In this document: in pieces, positions 1-12,812 of the stretch
How the letters are laid out: each line of letters opens with the position of its first letter
Position numbering within the stretch: the first letter of the stretch is position 1
Source of the DNA: Botryllus schlosseri
Taxonomy: Eukaryota
Direction of reading: 5' to 3'
Assembly (NCBI GenBank): GCA_051294905.1
Contig: CM119371.1
Location: 38,070,001 to 38,134,000 of the forward strand
DNA length: 64,000 bases
Program-made: the position numbers and the translations under genes
Notes under the pieces: generated by a model
Databases searched by the model: none
What the model was told of the DNA's origin: nothing
Seen by the model: the letters and a program-made list of their open reading frames with translations, nothing else

Positions 1-282
1 GTTTCCGCATACGACATGCAACCAGAGTTCAAAAAACTAGTTGACAATATTGAACGACCACAGACATCTGATTGACTTCAATAGCTGTTGTAAATAAATT
101 CATTGAATACTGTTTTTGGTCTCTATGCTTTAAACTTAAAGTTTACATTAAATACAATTGATTCCTTGTATAGGTGGATAAATACGCGATTAAGGCATAA
201 TGCATATAATCTGTAATCCGGCCCGCCAAGAGCTTCATTTTCCCATATCTGGCCCGCCGATCGGAGAAGTTGCCCGCCCCTG
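1..282 (+). mobile_element. 3' end of a Charlie-like hAT element (transposase C-terminus + right TIR)
   Basis: Frame 1 reads VSAYDMQPEFKKLVDNIERPQTSD*; GGCCCGC subterminal motifs; ends GTTGCCCGCCCCTG; same family end as 4090-4243. Confidence 0.7.
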
Positions 283-2727
283 CTTTAGGACAAACATGAA
301 TCTCTCAAGATGCGGTATAAACCTAGGCAATTTAAACTACATACAATCAACGCAACATAAAATGAATTATTCGACAAAACACAGCTTAAATGATTGTAAC
401 AGCGACCAAACAGCCTGCCCAACACCGCCGCCAAACAAGTTTGCTGCGCATTCAAGCAAAGTGTGATTGTTGACACTTCTGCTCGTTGTGTTTCCACACG
501 TAAAAACTGATCATCATGCGCCATAAATCAGAAATATACATTGACGAGTATCGAAGGTGCACTTCTTTCGTAAATAACTCTTTGATTCAGCTGTTAGCCG
601 TACCTCCACTTATTCTATGTTCGTATTATCGACAAGACATAGCGAGAAACAATCATTACTTTCCTATATACTGTTGGTGCAAGTGGCGCTAGGCAAAATC
701 GAGTACCTGAGTGATTCTGAATCACGTAATGTGCTTCGAGTCGAGTCGAGTAATCGAGTATCTCTCATTATGACGTCATAACGGAATGTGATATGTGAAA
801 GTTCAAATATGTACCTTTTACGCGACGACAAAGAATAGAATGCATTTTATCCATCACATTAAAGATACTTTGGTATTTTTTCGACAATACCGATTTCATT
901 GCACTTGGTGACGATGTTGTGGGATGATCATGACTTCGAAAATGTGCTCATTCCAGTAAAGTTCGTAGCTTTGTACTATATGTTTCGTATGCTACGATAC
1001 GGTCAATCAAGGTTTCAAGACTTCACCAGTGAACATTAGTATCGAAACTAAAATTCTCGTTGATAAATTAACTTTCAGTGGCGAGGAGCGTTTAATTTCA
1101 GTACTCAAAAAATCTTCTTTTACTACTCGATTCAGATTTGAATACTCGAATCATTGTGCCCATAGCCCTGGTTGCAAGTCTAAATTTTGGGAAACCGCTG
1201 GAGAAATTTCGGGGACCGTTTCGGTCCCCAAAACACCTTACAGAAAATAAGTCTACCGATATTCTCAATTGTGAGAGCATCGCTTGAGGCCGTTGAAATA
1301 CTTTGGTCCAGCGGTGCACAATTGCGGGTGCGTCGATCATCGGTATCGGCGCTGACCCTTTCCGCGCCAGAATACACCTAGACATGTGAAGTGCGCGGCC
1401 AATAGGATCATGCTATCATGGTATGTCGCCTAGACCAAAATTTTATTGTAGTTCAAATTGCTCAAGGACACTGCTTCTAACGCATATATCCTATGCCGAC
1501 CTCTACAAATATGAGCTATGAAATGCAAATGAGGGAAAAGAACCCAACTCCACACCTTTGAAGATTATTTGCACCGATTTGTTTCTCCATCCAGAACAAT
1601 TGGTATGATATATTAAAGTTTGGTTTGAGCTCGAAATTGGGGTCTACAATGTACTGTAGCTAACTCCTCAATAATTCCACACGCGGTAATCTCCCATAAT
1701 GGATTGGCCGCGAATTTCCAATTGGAATATACCCTGAAATCGAATCACTAGATTATGTCCACTATAGCTCAGCCAAGCTTTGAAAACTGGAAATATTCAC
1801 GGCTCAGTAAATTTGTTAGATAAATATCGAGAAATTCGACTCAATAACAATGTAGAGAATATGTACGCCAAAGAGGCGACATCGTTTCTCGCAACTACAA
1901 CGTCCTGCCGAATCGCTGTTTTGATAACATTCAAGGCTGTTTAGAAGCAGATCGAGTAAAATCATGCAACACAGTTTCCTTAAAACGCCATCGCAACTCG
2001 ATGCGCAGTGAATAAGCGTTCACCCTGCTCCTATAAGTCGCCACGCCATGATGTCGAGTCGACAATATGTACATGCGATAATAGGTATAATAATATATAT
2101 TTTACATATGTATATCATTGCGTACACGATAGCTCCTACGTAGCGATAGCGCCTACGTAGAATGGTGGTGGTATCAAGTGGGCGGCACCGCCAATCTGAA
2201 TGGAAACTTGAAAAATAAAAAAGGGATTATTAGGTTGGGTGCTTCCGCCACACTGCTGCGCTGCTCGATGTGGGGTAGGTTCCTCCTACACCTGTGCTGC
2301 TCGGAGATGAAAATTGGCCGAATATTATGAAAAGAAGGATCGACTTCAGAATGCGAAATCTCAAAAAAACTCAGTGTTGTTTTCTATGCTGACTTGCTTG
2401 AAATTGTCTCACCGTGACAGCCATATTCTTTGCCCCGGCTGGGCTCATAATAACCTTCACTATTCGTATGCTTCTCACAACAACAAATCGTACGATAAAC
2501 TTTATTTATTTATCTTTATTCATCTTACTCGGCGAAATTAGGGTAATTTCCAAGTCGCCCCCGTTCTGTAAGGCAACATGATGGCGTATGTGTTTGAGCT
2601 CGTCGACCTTTCTTGTTAGGCTTTTCAATCTCTTGAATTATAGTCAGTTCTGTAGATTGTTATTCAGGTCAAGTGCGAACATGAATCGTGTTCAATCATT
2701 GCTACGTAGGCTACACTGCCTCAGGAG

Positions 2728-4243
2728 CAGGGGCGGGCAACGTACGGCCCGCAAACCCGACCCGGCCCGCAACGGGATATTGAGTGGTCCGCAGACAGTT
2801 TGTAGTCTTATATGATAGTGTGGCCCGTGGCTATGAGTCTGCCGCAATCCCCCACTACTTGCTGTTACTATTACTGTTTTTGAAGATAAAAAGGAAAGAT
2901 ACAGAACATCCTCAACTCAGAAATTCCGAATGACTTTCAGATCGGGCGTTTTTAGTTGATGTCTTTGAACAGATGAATTGAACACCAGACGTCAAGGGAA
3001 GGTTACGAAATGCTCTCAGCGGCGAAGGCATTCAAGGTGAAGCTAACACTGTTTTCTCGACAGCTCAAGTCAGAATATTCCGACAAATTTTCCAACGCTC
3101 TAAATCAGGGGTGTCAAACATACGGCCCGCGGGCCGCATCCGACCGCCACTCGATTTCATCCGGCCCGCGAAGCAATTCTGAGTAGATCGAAAAAATTGC
3201 CTGTATTATTCAGCACATCTCTAACAATTATTGTGATTTTTAGAATATGCTACATCCATCAAATAATCCCTCAAGACAGCAAATGTCATTATAACCATCT
3301 GACACCTAATCCCAGGAAGGCTCAAAAGTGCACACTGCGTTCAGAGTTTTGTTGAAAAATTGACCAAAACGTAGTTAGTCACAGAAGCGAAAACTTCAAT
3401 GCGAAACCGTGATATGCAGGTTACATGAGAAATATACTAGTCACACAAAAACAGACTTCAAATATCTGTGGTCGCACTGCTGCATGATTTCTGACTTCTG
3501 AAAAAGATTCGGCCTTCAGATAAACCCGAATCTCGAATAAATAATAATGGAGCTATCCCTACGCCCGCATTCACTGATAAATCTATTGTATACCTCTTAA
3601 CGCATACGCAGAATTACCGCCATGATACGACCAAAACAAAGGAAGCATAGACATATCTCAGCTTATATCGTCGTTAGGGCCACTTTTTAGCCGTATATAC
3701 CTGTATTCAACCGGTTATTAATCGCATTTTTGCCAATTCCATTGTTCGCGAATAAAGTTGTTGCTAGGATAGTATACCCTGTGTTCCGTAATGTTATGTA
3801 ATTTACTATTGTATATATAGGCTTTTAATAAAGTATGCAAGTGCAAAACAAGGTCATGGATTTTCAGGCAACATTGTGAAATAGGGCCTACATTTGACTG
3901 ATCCGGCCGCGAGCGATATGAAGGTTTGAATCCGGCCCGCGGCGCCAGTTGAGTTTGACACCCTTGCTCTGTCACCACAATGATGACAGCCGAGAAGGAC
4001 ACCAATTCGATACCTGCATCAGACAATGAATTTGGTCGTCGTTTTGTGGATTTTAGGAAACTTTCTTCTGAGTTTAATATCGTAAACATAACTTACAGCT
4101 TACATTAAATACGATTTATTCTTTGTACAGGTGAATAAATCGGCGAATAATGTATCGATTCAGGAATCCGGCCCTGGCGTACCAAGTAGGCCTACTTCAT
4201 TTTCCCATATCAGGCACGCTTGCTGGAGAAGTTGCCGCCCCTG
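2728..4243 (+). mobile_element. Decayed Charlie-like hAT element with transposase remnants, interrupted by a MITE
   Basis: TIRs CAGGGGCGGGCAAC / GTTGCCGCCCCTG; remnants FLVDVFEQMN, MLSAAKAFKVKLTLFSRQL and NEFGRRFVDF. Confidence 0.8.
3106..3966. mobile_element. Non-autonomous Charlie-like MITE nested in the 2728-4243 element
   Basis: TIRs CAGGGGTGTCAAAC / GTTTGACACCCTTG; GGCCCGC subterminal repeats; TSD only partly preserved (CTCT). Confidence 0.8.
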
Positions 4244-4389
4244 CTTTAGAGTAAACATTAGAGGTGAAGAGACTCGGTACTTATTAGCCTAGAAAATGTA
4301 CATTGATCCAATCGTACTTGAGATGGAAACGCACTCGCACTTTTTCTCTTGCGCATTTTGATCAAAATGAATAGCTGGCGTTTAGCAAT

Positions 4390-4510
4390 GATGAGGACCG
4401 CGGAATGCGAACGTAATTTTAGCACATTGAAACGAATCGAGCCTTTTCTTAGAAACAGGATTTGTCAAGGTAGGCTAGGTGCGTTGGCTGTGCTCTCGAT
4501 TCACAGCGAT
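4390..4510 (+). pseudogene. hAT transposase dimerization-domain fragment
   Basis: TAECERNFSTLKRIEPFLRNRICQGRLGALAVLSIH. Confidence 0.75.
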
Positions 4511-4619
4511 GCCAAATCACGCTCAGCCCTTGCCCCACAACTCGATATCGTCATGAGCCGTCACTGCAGTTTGTGAATTCGTCGGCCATCCGACAGTCGA
4601 CGAGCATGTCCATTGTCCA

Positions 4620-4960
4620 TGTCCACATCCAAGTCGAAATACAAGCAGTTTCTACTAAATGAATACTAGTCCGCCCTCAAGATTACCGGACCAAGATCTG
4701 ACCTATCGATCTCGCCTTCCGTGACATGCTACTCCATTTTTTGTCGTTTGCTTATCTATAGCCTACTATCTTCTTTTACTTTTCATTCGGTGTGTATGCC
4801 TCGTCTTAACATCGCCTAGGCCCTATAGGCCAAAGTGGGTGTTTGATTCCAAAGAATACTCCAAGTCGCTTCGATACCTTCCTATCTTTTCATTGTATCG
4901 CAATTTTTGTGGTGTATCGAACGGATGAAAATTGCTGATGAACCGAACCGAATTCAGATA
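4620..4960 (+). mobile_element. CR1/L2-type LINE 3' fragment, same family as 8908-9838
   Basis: Matches the reverse complement of ~8930-9230 (atgtccacat-caagtcgaaatac...ccaagtcgcttcgataccttc). Further copies at ~28390-28520 (-) and ~33120-33370 (+). Confidence 0.7.
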
Positions 4961-5128
4961 CACCGTCGAATTTGCAATATGTCCGGTATGGTTGCTACCG
5001 TTTACCTTTAGTGTGTACTCCTAAGCTTGAGAGGCGTGTGTGAAGTGTGAATGCTGTGAACAGTGTGCACCGTGCTGTGAAGGGCCCCGTGAAGGCTTCC
5101 AAGGCAAGGTGAAGTCATCACTCATCAG

Positions 5129-6411
5129 TAGGCCTGTTTATTTTTGGATATTGGGTTTTATTTTTGGAGATTCTCCAAAAATAAGTTTTGAAAACATCCA
5201 AAAATAAGATTTTTTTGGACGATGATTTTTCAGGTTTTTCAGTGAAATGAACAAGTCAGAGCGATGTAAACAACCAGGAAACTCATAAAACACACAAAAA
5301 ATAGCCTGTGTGTTAGGGAAGGGGTCACCGAAACGCTAAAACTAGTTCCACTCATTCCACTCCACGTTTCTGCTGACCTTGCCTTCCCGCCCCCTCCGTC
5401 TTTGTACTCCTATAAGTTTCACAGTACGGCACGTAGAGAAGACGGGCAGGCAGCTTGAGTGAGGCAAATGGAACGGCCAAACCAAATACGGCCACCTCTG
5501 TCACAATCACTTCGTCTACACGGGACGGGACTGATTGGATACCGCAGACGGCCACAGAACTTGATCCAGGAGATGGAAAGTGCGTGACCCAAGTCTGTTA
5601 ACGCCCATTGCTTGTCAATGAAGAAGATGGCCTCTTAGTTGACTGGACACCCTACCAAACTCCTTGATGTTATGGACGAGAAAAGTCCTGCATGTGCACC
5701 TTCGCTGCAGTGGTGATTCCAACTGATCGTTCTCGATCGCATGGTCCCAGAGCTGAGCAGCAACACCGTCACGAAGCTTCAGGGTATTGGCAGTCTAATC
5801 GAGGAGCAGCAAGTGCTCCAGCGCCTGGTCGAACGTCTTCGAGCCAGTCCAGATGAGGACTGGGACAACGACGCACGCCACAAGGAAGGTTTTCTGGTCA
5901 GACGGTGTTGGCCGTTGGGTTGTCCAGTTCAATGAGGCACGCAACTTCGTGGAGGATCAGAGGGTTTCAAGCGCATCACTGACGAGCGCTTGTCAGGAGC
6001 AAAGCTTGGAAGATTGAGGAGTTTGGAGAGTTAGCCATCCATCCGTTTTTGAACCCCTAGGCTCAATGTTTCCCACAGTTGCGACGGTCGAGGTCTCGAA
6101 AATCAAGTTGGAGAAGGGTATCGGCCGCGCGCCTCTCTCTGATTTTTCTTTAGAGGGTATTCTCCAGGCCAACAACTTGATTTTTTGACAGATGTATTTG
6201 AAAGTTATATCAAGATCACTGATGATGTCGATGTGTTAGAGGACTTGAATACATGATAATAACATACGCTCGGTGGAGTTTTCCAGTAGTAATAGGGCTA
6301 AAAACACGTTCATTTCTTATTTTTGGAGATTCTCCAAAAATAAAATTTGAAAACATCCAAAACTAAGCTATTTTTGTTATTTTTGGAGAAATCCAAAAAT
6401 AAACAGGCCTG
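5129..6411. mobile_element. Non-autonomous TIR DNA transposon with 8-bp TSD (hAT or P superfamily)
   Basis: TIRs (T/C)AGGCCTGTTTATTTTTGGAT; perfect TSD CTCATCAG (5121-5128, 6412-6419); TTTTTGGA/TCCAAAAA subterminal repeats. Confidence 0.88.
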
Positions 6412-6691
6412 CTCATCAGTCATCACACAAAATTAGGTCACACAAAATCGAGCGTTCCAACTAAAGGTTATCGGTGACGTACACAACGGAGGTATCACCA
6501 TATTGCGGAAGCCAAGGAGGAGCCGGATTTGGATACTCAAAATTCACATACAATATAAAATTATGCGGTAACTCTTGCAGTACGAAATTTCATACGGATC
6601 GGCCGTCGCAATCGTGTCCAAAATTATATTTATGATGAGGCGAATGTATATATTTCAACGAAATATGCAAAAGCAATAACGCCAGACAACT

Positions 6692-7440
6692 GATAAAAAC
6701 GATTTTGTAACCCACTTTTGACCATTACACAAGATGTAACAGCGCGTGAACTCTATTTTTGCCATATTTCATCGAGATCCAATGCCTCAATTGGGTCAAA
6801 ATTCGTCCCCCCCCCCCCTCACCCCCCATCGCCGGATTCACGACAGATAACCGAGAAAACAATTTTGTAACCGACTTCTGACTAATACACAAGATGTATC
6901 AGCGCGTGAAATCTATTTTTACCATATTTCATCGAGATCCAATGCCTCAATTGGGTCAAAATTCGTCCCCCCCCTCACCCCCCATCGCCGGATTCACGAC
7001 AGATAACCGAGAAAACAATTTTGTAACCGACTTCTGACTAATACACAAGATGTATCAGCGCGTGAAATCTATTTGTACCAAATTTCATTGAGATACGATG
7101 TCCTAATAGGGTCAAAATTCGCCCCCTCCCCAATCACCGGATTCACGTCAGATAACCAAGAAAACACTTTTGTAACCGACTTCTGACTAATACACAAGAT
7201 GTATCATTGTGTTAACTCTATTTGTGCCAAATGTCATTGATATCCAATGTCCCAATAGGGTCAAAATTCTCCCCCCCCCCCCTCGCCTCCATAACCGGAT
7301 TCACGTAAGATAACCAAGAAAACAATTTTTTAACCGACTTCTGACCATTACACAAGCTGTATCAGCATGTGAACTCTATTTTTGACAAATTTCATCGAGA
7401 TCCAATGTCCCAATAGGGTCAAAATTCACCCCCTCACTTC
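6692..7440. repeat. Tandem repeat, ~5 units of ~150-158 bp
   Basis: Unit starts ~6692, 6846, 7002, 7151, 7309 (gataaccgagaaaacaattttgtaaccgacttctgac...aaatttcatcgagatccaatg...ccggattcacg); inverted monomer at ~8745-8892. Confidence 0.9.
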
Positions 7441-7859
7441 CTCATCAATTAGAAGGAAGGAAGGATAATGGATGAATTTCAGAGTTTCATATGAAAAACT
7501 GGTTCTGGCAACCGATTCCCCTGGATAAGAAAGGGTCGTGGCGACCCGGAGATCTTTCATTTTAACCGGGTTTAAACTTTGGTCTCCACGTTGCATCTTA
7601 CTCGCAGATTTCACGATACGATAGTGAATTGATTTAATAAAAATGTACTACATTTACGAGTGCACTTCGTTTCGTGGGAGGATAGCAGGTCTCAAAATAA
7701 AGTCGGCGTACTTTTCGACATGAACTACAAATAGGAATTCGATAATATCTCAGTAATATTTGCTCTGAATCCAGCCGGGACCAGCGACATCGTTTGAATT
7801 TAGTAGAGTTGTTTCTTTTCAAATGGTAGCATTCCTATTGCGACGGTTAGGGGTTAGGG

Positions 7860-8600
7860 CAGTGGTTCTCAACCGGGGGTCCGCGAAGCAATTTCAGGGG
7901 GTCCGCGAGACCTCAAATTGATTGATAACCCAATTTTTGTTTAGTTTTTATTTGAGAAAGCATGAGGCAGTTCGCACCACAACTGCTAAAATCTCATGAC
8001 TCATATCATCATAATAATCGTCTGACATGAAATATCATACTGTGCAAATGCATTTTAATTGCCAAATTGCCAATAACCTACTGATACAAACATATTGCCG
8101 TTTAGAAACGTTTTGTTGGCGTTTGTGGATAAAATAAATATATGGAGATAGTTAGGCCAGTCAGGCTGACTCGTAATGTTTACAAACCCTTTCGATTTGA
8201 AGTTGTCATCTGTCTTATCATATTCATGAACAGTCGTTAAAAAATAAAAATTTCTGAGGTATTTTACCTGATTTTTCCCAATGAAGGGATTGAAACCTCG
8301 TCACGAAATCCATTTCATCCTGTGATATACATAACTAGTATTTCAGAATAACTTTAAGATGAGATGCCAGACAAAAATGACGAGGCTGGACTTGATATAT
8401 TCATTAAAAATATGTTTCTTCATTTTGGTACCATTACTACCATATGACTGTTTGTTGAGAGACACCAAAAGTGTCATCGGAAGCGTTACGCGTTAATATT
8501 ATGCTACATTAGCCTCCATCTATCTTTGTGGAGATGGATTTTCGGCACTCGGTCATATCAAATCGAAGGCGCGGATTTTCAATACACGACTACGTACTTC
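7860..8600 (+). mobile_element. Truncated Charlie-like hAT element with dimerization-domain remnant
   Basis: Left end CAGTGGTTCTCAACCGGGGGTCCGCG; remnant ASIYLCGDGFSALGHIKSKAR near 8510-8575. Confidence 0.7.
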
Positions 8601-8907
8601 AAGAAATACTGCTACAAAATTAGCTTTGATATAATATAAGTCTACCCAATTTCTACATAAATAGTATGATGTTACTTTCAAGAAAATATATCTTTTTGCT
8701 GTTTATCACAAGCCTACAGTTCATATTTGCACAGGACAGATGATCGGTTATCTGACGTGAATCCGGTGATGGCGGGTGAGGAAGCTGGGCGAATTTTGAC
8801 CATATTGGGACATTGGATCTCGATGAAATTTGGCACAAATAGAGTTCACATGCCGATACATCTTGTGTAATGGTCAGAATTCGAGTACAAAGCAGTGTTG
8901 GGATCAA

Positions 8908-9838
8908 TCAATCAATCAATCAGGTTTATTAATATTTTCATCGTTTCAAAACATCACAAGACTGCGATACAATGAAAAGATAAGAAGGTGTCGAAACAAC
9001 TTGGAGTAGCCTTTAAGATCAGACACCCACCTTAGCCTAGGCGAAGTAAATAAGAGGCATGCACACTGAATGAAAAGTAATGCAGAGAATATAAGACGCA
9101 AGCGACAAAATGAGATGGCATGTGGTGGAGAGCGAGGTCGATGTTAGGTCGTGGTCCGGTAATCCTGAAGACTGGCTATAGTATTGATTTAGAAGAAATT
9201 GCATGTATTTCGACTTGAATGCGGACATGCTCGACGACTGTCGGATATAGCCGGCGAGATGCTGTTCCACAATTGGGGTCCGGCATACTTGATAGAGCAA
9301 TGCGTTTTCTTGTATTCAGTCCTGATCATATGGTAGTTGTTCTTCGTTGACGCGCGTGTGCTGTACTTGTGCGCTTTTATCTCCGAGGTGAAGAGTCGTT
9401 GAAATTTGAAGGACATTGACCGCGATGGAACTGATACATAAACTTGGCAATTTCTAGCTTCCTCATATCTTCTAAGTTTAGAACACCAAATCTTTTGAGA
9501 AGCGATTTATCAGTTGCACATCCAGACCCCCGTATGGCTTTGGCAATGATACGGATGATCCGGTGTTGAAGTTTTGCAGTGGGTCAATTGTATTCTTGCA
9601 GGCAGCACCGCAACAAAGAATTCCGTATTGTAACTTTGATAGGAATAGAGTGTTGAAGAGTATCAACAGCACGCAGACTGGCAGAGTGGCGGCGAAATAG
9701 ACCACATATCTTCGATAGTTGTGGTTTGAGTGATTGTATGTGACTCTTCCAGGACATGTCCGAATCCAGTAAAACACCAAGGTATTTGGCATTTTTAGTG
9801 TTGGAAATTGGTTGACCAGCGATGTCAACGGTTAGGTT
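8908..9838 (-). mobile_element. 5'-truncated CR1/L2-type LINE (ORF2 C-terminal remnant, 3' UTR, (TTGA)n tail)
   Basis: Frameshifted remnants NAKYLGVLLD, LFNTLFLSKLQYGILCCGAACK, HKYSTR and SIKYAGPQLWNSI; microsatellite tail at ~8903-8922. Confidence 0.85.
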
Positions 9839-10842
9839 ATCAAGTCAGTACCTTCGAGTCACGAGTCATTTCGAGTCATTGCACATTTTGACTCGAATCA
9901 AGTCAAGTCAATCGAATATCGAAGCTGACTCGAGTCAAGTCGAGTCAAGTCAAGTCAAGTCACGAGTCAAGTCACGATTCAAGTCAAATTGCCTTTTCAA
10001 AGTATGAGGCATGATTACGTCGTTACATTTTGCTAGCTGTCTGAAATACAGATTGATAGGGTCATTGATTCTGAACGAATATAGAGTTAAATATACCATA
10101 TACATGCAAGAAGGCGCTGTATCGCTCACATTTTCGTAGAACTGGTAAACTACGTAACTAATTGCATAGCCTTCTGCGTCTTTAAGAGGTCTGCGCAGAG
10201 GTGGCTGGAATAGAACCACATGGCGCTCGACAATAGAAACCGAGCTAGCGCAACGCGGGCTTTAGCTCGAAGACGCCCACGACCGCCCCCGCTGGAGGCG
10301 CTTAACAAGGGCCCAAAACGGATTATCTTGATGTTCTTTTGTTTCCTGTTTTCTTTTGCCCTTTTATTTAATTATTTAATTGAAAGTCGATATATATATA
10401 TAATTCATCAGTGAGACTGAAATTGCTGAAAATAGGACCAAATCATCCTCATTTCTTAAATTTGAGACCAAATTTGTCTAATTTTTTTGTAGTGTAGCGA
10501 TTTGTCATCCGGTTTAGCGCCAAAAAATATGGATCTAGCGCCTAGCGATAAATCTAGCGATTTTTGAAAAAGTATTTAGCGACTATTTAGCGCTTTTTTA
10601 CCCAAAATAACTAATAAAGATCAGTTCTGGCCGACGACTGCATTGGCTATACCGGTCACCAAAGTGCGGAATCCGATGATATATAATTATAAATTTCTAA
10701 CCTACGGATAGATAGAAGATACGCAACTCCTGGCGGTTACGCATGGGCAAACAGTGTCTCTCCTTGCTGAATAATCCAGAGATGCCACTCCTGGGTTTTT
10801 CCACCCAGATCTGGGTTTTTTTAGCATCACCTGGGTTTCTGG

Positions 10843-11796
10843 CAGTGTTGGGATGACTCGAGTCATGACTTGACTCGAGTCAGACTCGAGTCACGATTTT
10901 CGTATGACTTGACTTGACTCGAGTCACTTTGCAAAAATGACTTGACTTGACTTGACTCGACGCCTCAGAAATGCGGATTGACTCGTGACTCGGAGCAAAA
11001 TTCACGAGTCAATTTCAAGTCATTAAGTAAACGGTGTCGATTAAATCACCCTATATTATGTATGTTTTGGTTGTCAGCGATACGCCGGTGTCACTTGCGA
11101 GAGCAACCAGTCTTCAATCATTATAAGTTTCACTGATCATCCATTGTTACATCACAAATAAATTGACCGCTTACGAAACCATCACACCTACATTGTCGTA
11201 GTAGCAGTAGATTTATCTAATCGCATCGTATCTCTGTTTCTTAGGCAGCTTAGTGCTTACATTGCGCAGTGCTCACCTTTACCAACACTCTTGTATGATT
11301 TAAATCGAACGAATATAGTTTATGCCTTTATATTCTCACAGAGGTGTAGGTCGGTAGTGCCTATTGTACCATACAAATTTGTTCAACTTCTCGAGGCTTC
11401 GTATTCGATCCTTTATATTGGCTGATAAAATCAGACTTGGCATGTAGCTCACGTTACTCACGTATTTTATTATCAGTTCTACGTGTGCGTGAGCGATAAA
11501 ACACCTTTTTGAATGAGTATTTAACTTTATAATCGTCATTTGATTCAAGATAAATGGCCAATTAATCTATCCTTCACACAGTTAGCACACAGTCACACAG
11601 TTGGGTCATCACATATAGCCTACTTCGAAAATTCAATTTGACTCGAATCGTGACTTGACTCGTGACTTGACTTGACTTGACTCGACTTGACTCGAGTCAC
11701 CTCCAAAAAACGAGTGACTTGACTTGACTCGAGTCAAAATGTGCAATGACTCGAGATGACTCGTGACTCGAAGGTAGTGACTTGATCCCAACACTG
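10843..11796. mobile_element. hAT MITE, CAGTGTTGGGAT family rich in GACTCGAGTC
   Basis: TIRs CAGTGTTGGGAT / ATCCCAACACTG; perfect TSD GTTTCTGG. Partial copies at 8893/9839-9990 and ~26935-27731. Confidence 0.92.
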
Positions 11797-12812
11797 GTTT
11801 CTGGGTTTTTATTCTTGAAATCTGGTTTTTTTTCAACATCCAGTTCGCCAGGTCAGTTTTACGCTCAAAAATTAAATATTAGATTAGTATGGTCGAAATA
11901 TCGTAAAATCCACGCACTTCAGTTCGCCATTGTCGATGGATTTTGCTGTTATTGTAAGTAACGACAAAGTGTTGAGAATCTATTTCACTACTAAAATAAG
12001 AGGCTTCCGCTTGATGCGATGGAGCTTCATTGAATGGTAACTTCCACGTCGCAGAAAGTCATGTTCATATAGGACGATTGCCAGTAGCGAACTCGGCTCT
12101 TGGTGAACAATTCGGCATGTATCGATAAATATCATGTAACTGTATGGTATGCACAAGCTCATGAACAGACCAGGTGATGATCCGACTAATATAATCCTAT
12201 TGTTATCTGGGTATATTTATAGTTCCAACTGGGACACTCAGAGAGAGAGAGAGAGAGAGAGTTCGTTAGTTGGACACCCCTAGGGGCCCTAGCAAGTTAA
12301 TCAGAGGCATTGGTTATCAGCACATTCGAACCCTAACCCTGAATTTCATGATTTGGCAGTTATTTATTTCCTTTTCCACTACACATTGGTCTGTGATTAT
12401 TCCAAATAAAAGTGATTGTCGTAGGATTAATCAATCGAAAGCTACTTTCAATCCGTTCAGGTCGCTGAAAATACATGAAATCATCATTAGAAATAGGGAA
12501 TGGATGGCATTGCATTGAACTTTCGCAGCGCGATGATATAAATAGTACCGGTACACTATCAAGTATTCACGTTGCGCCCCAATTGTTTATTGCGATGTGT
12601 CGAGAGGAAAACAACATGTTTTTTGTGCGATTCGCAGTGTTAACCAAGCAAAATGTGTATTATGAACTGTTGTAAATTCAATATCAAAGGCTTCAATGAC
12701 TGTAAGAGTGTATCCGACGACTATCAGGCTCCACTTTCACAGCTATCTCGTGTCTTTTGAGTGAAATATAGGATCTGGGTTTATTACGCCTCCACATCTG
12801 GGTTTTTCGACG

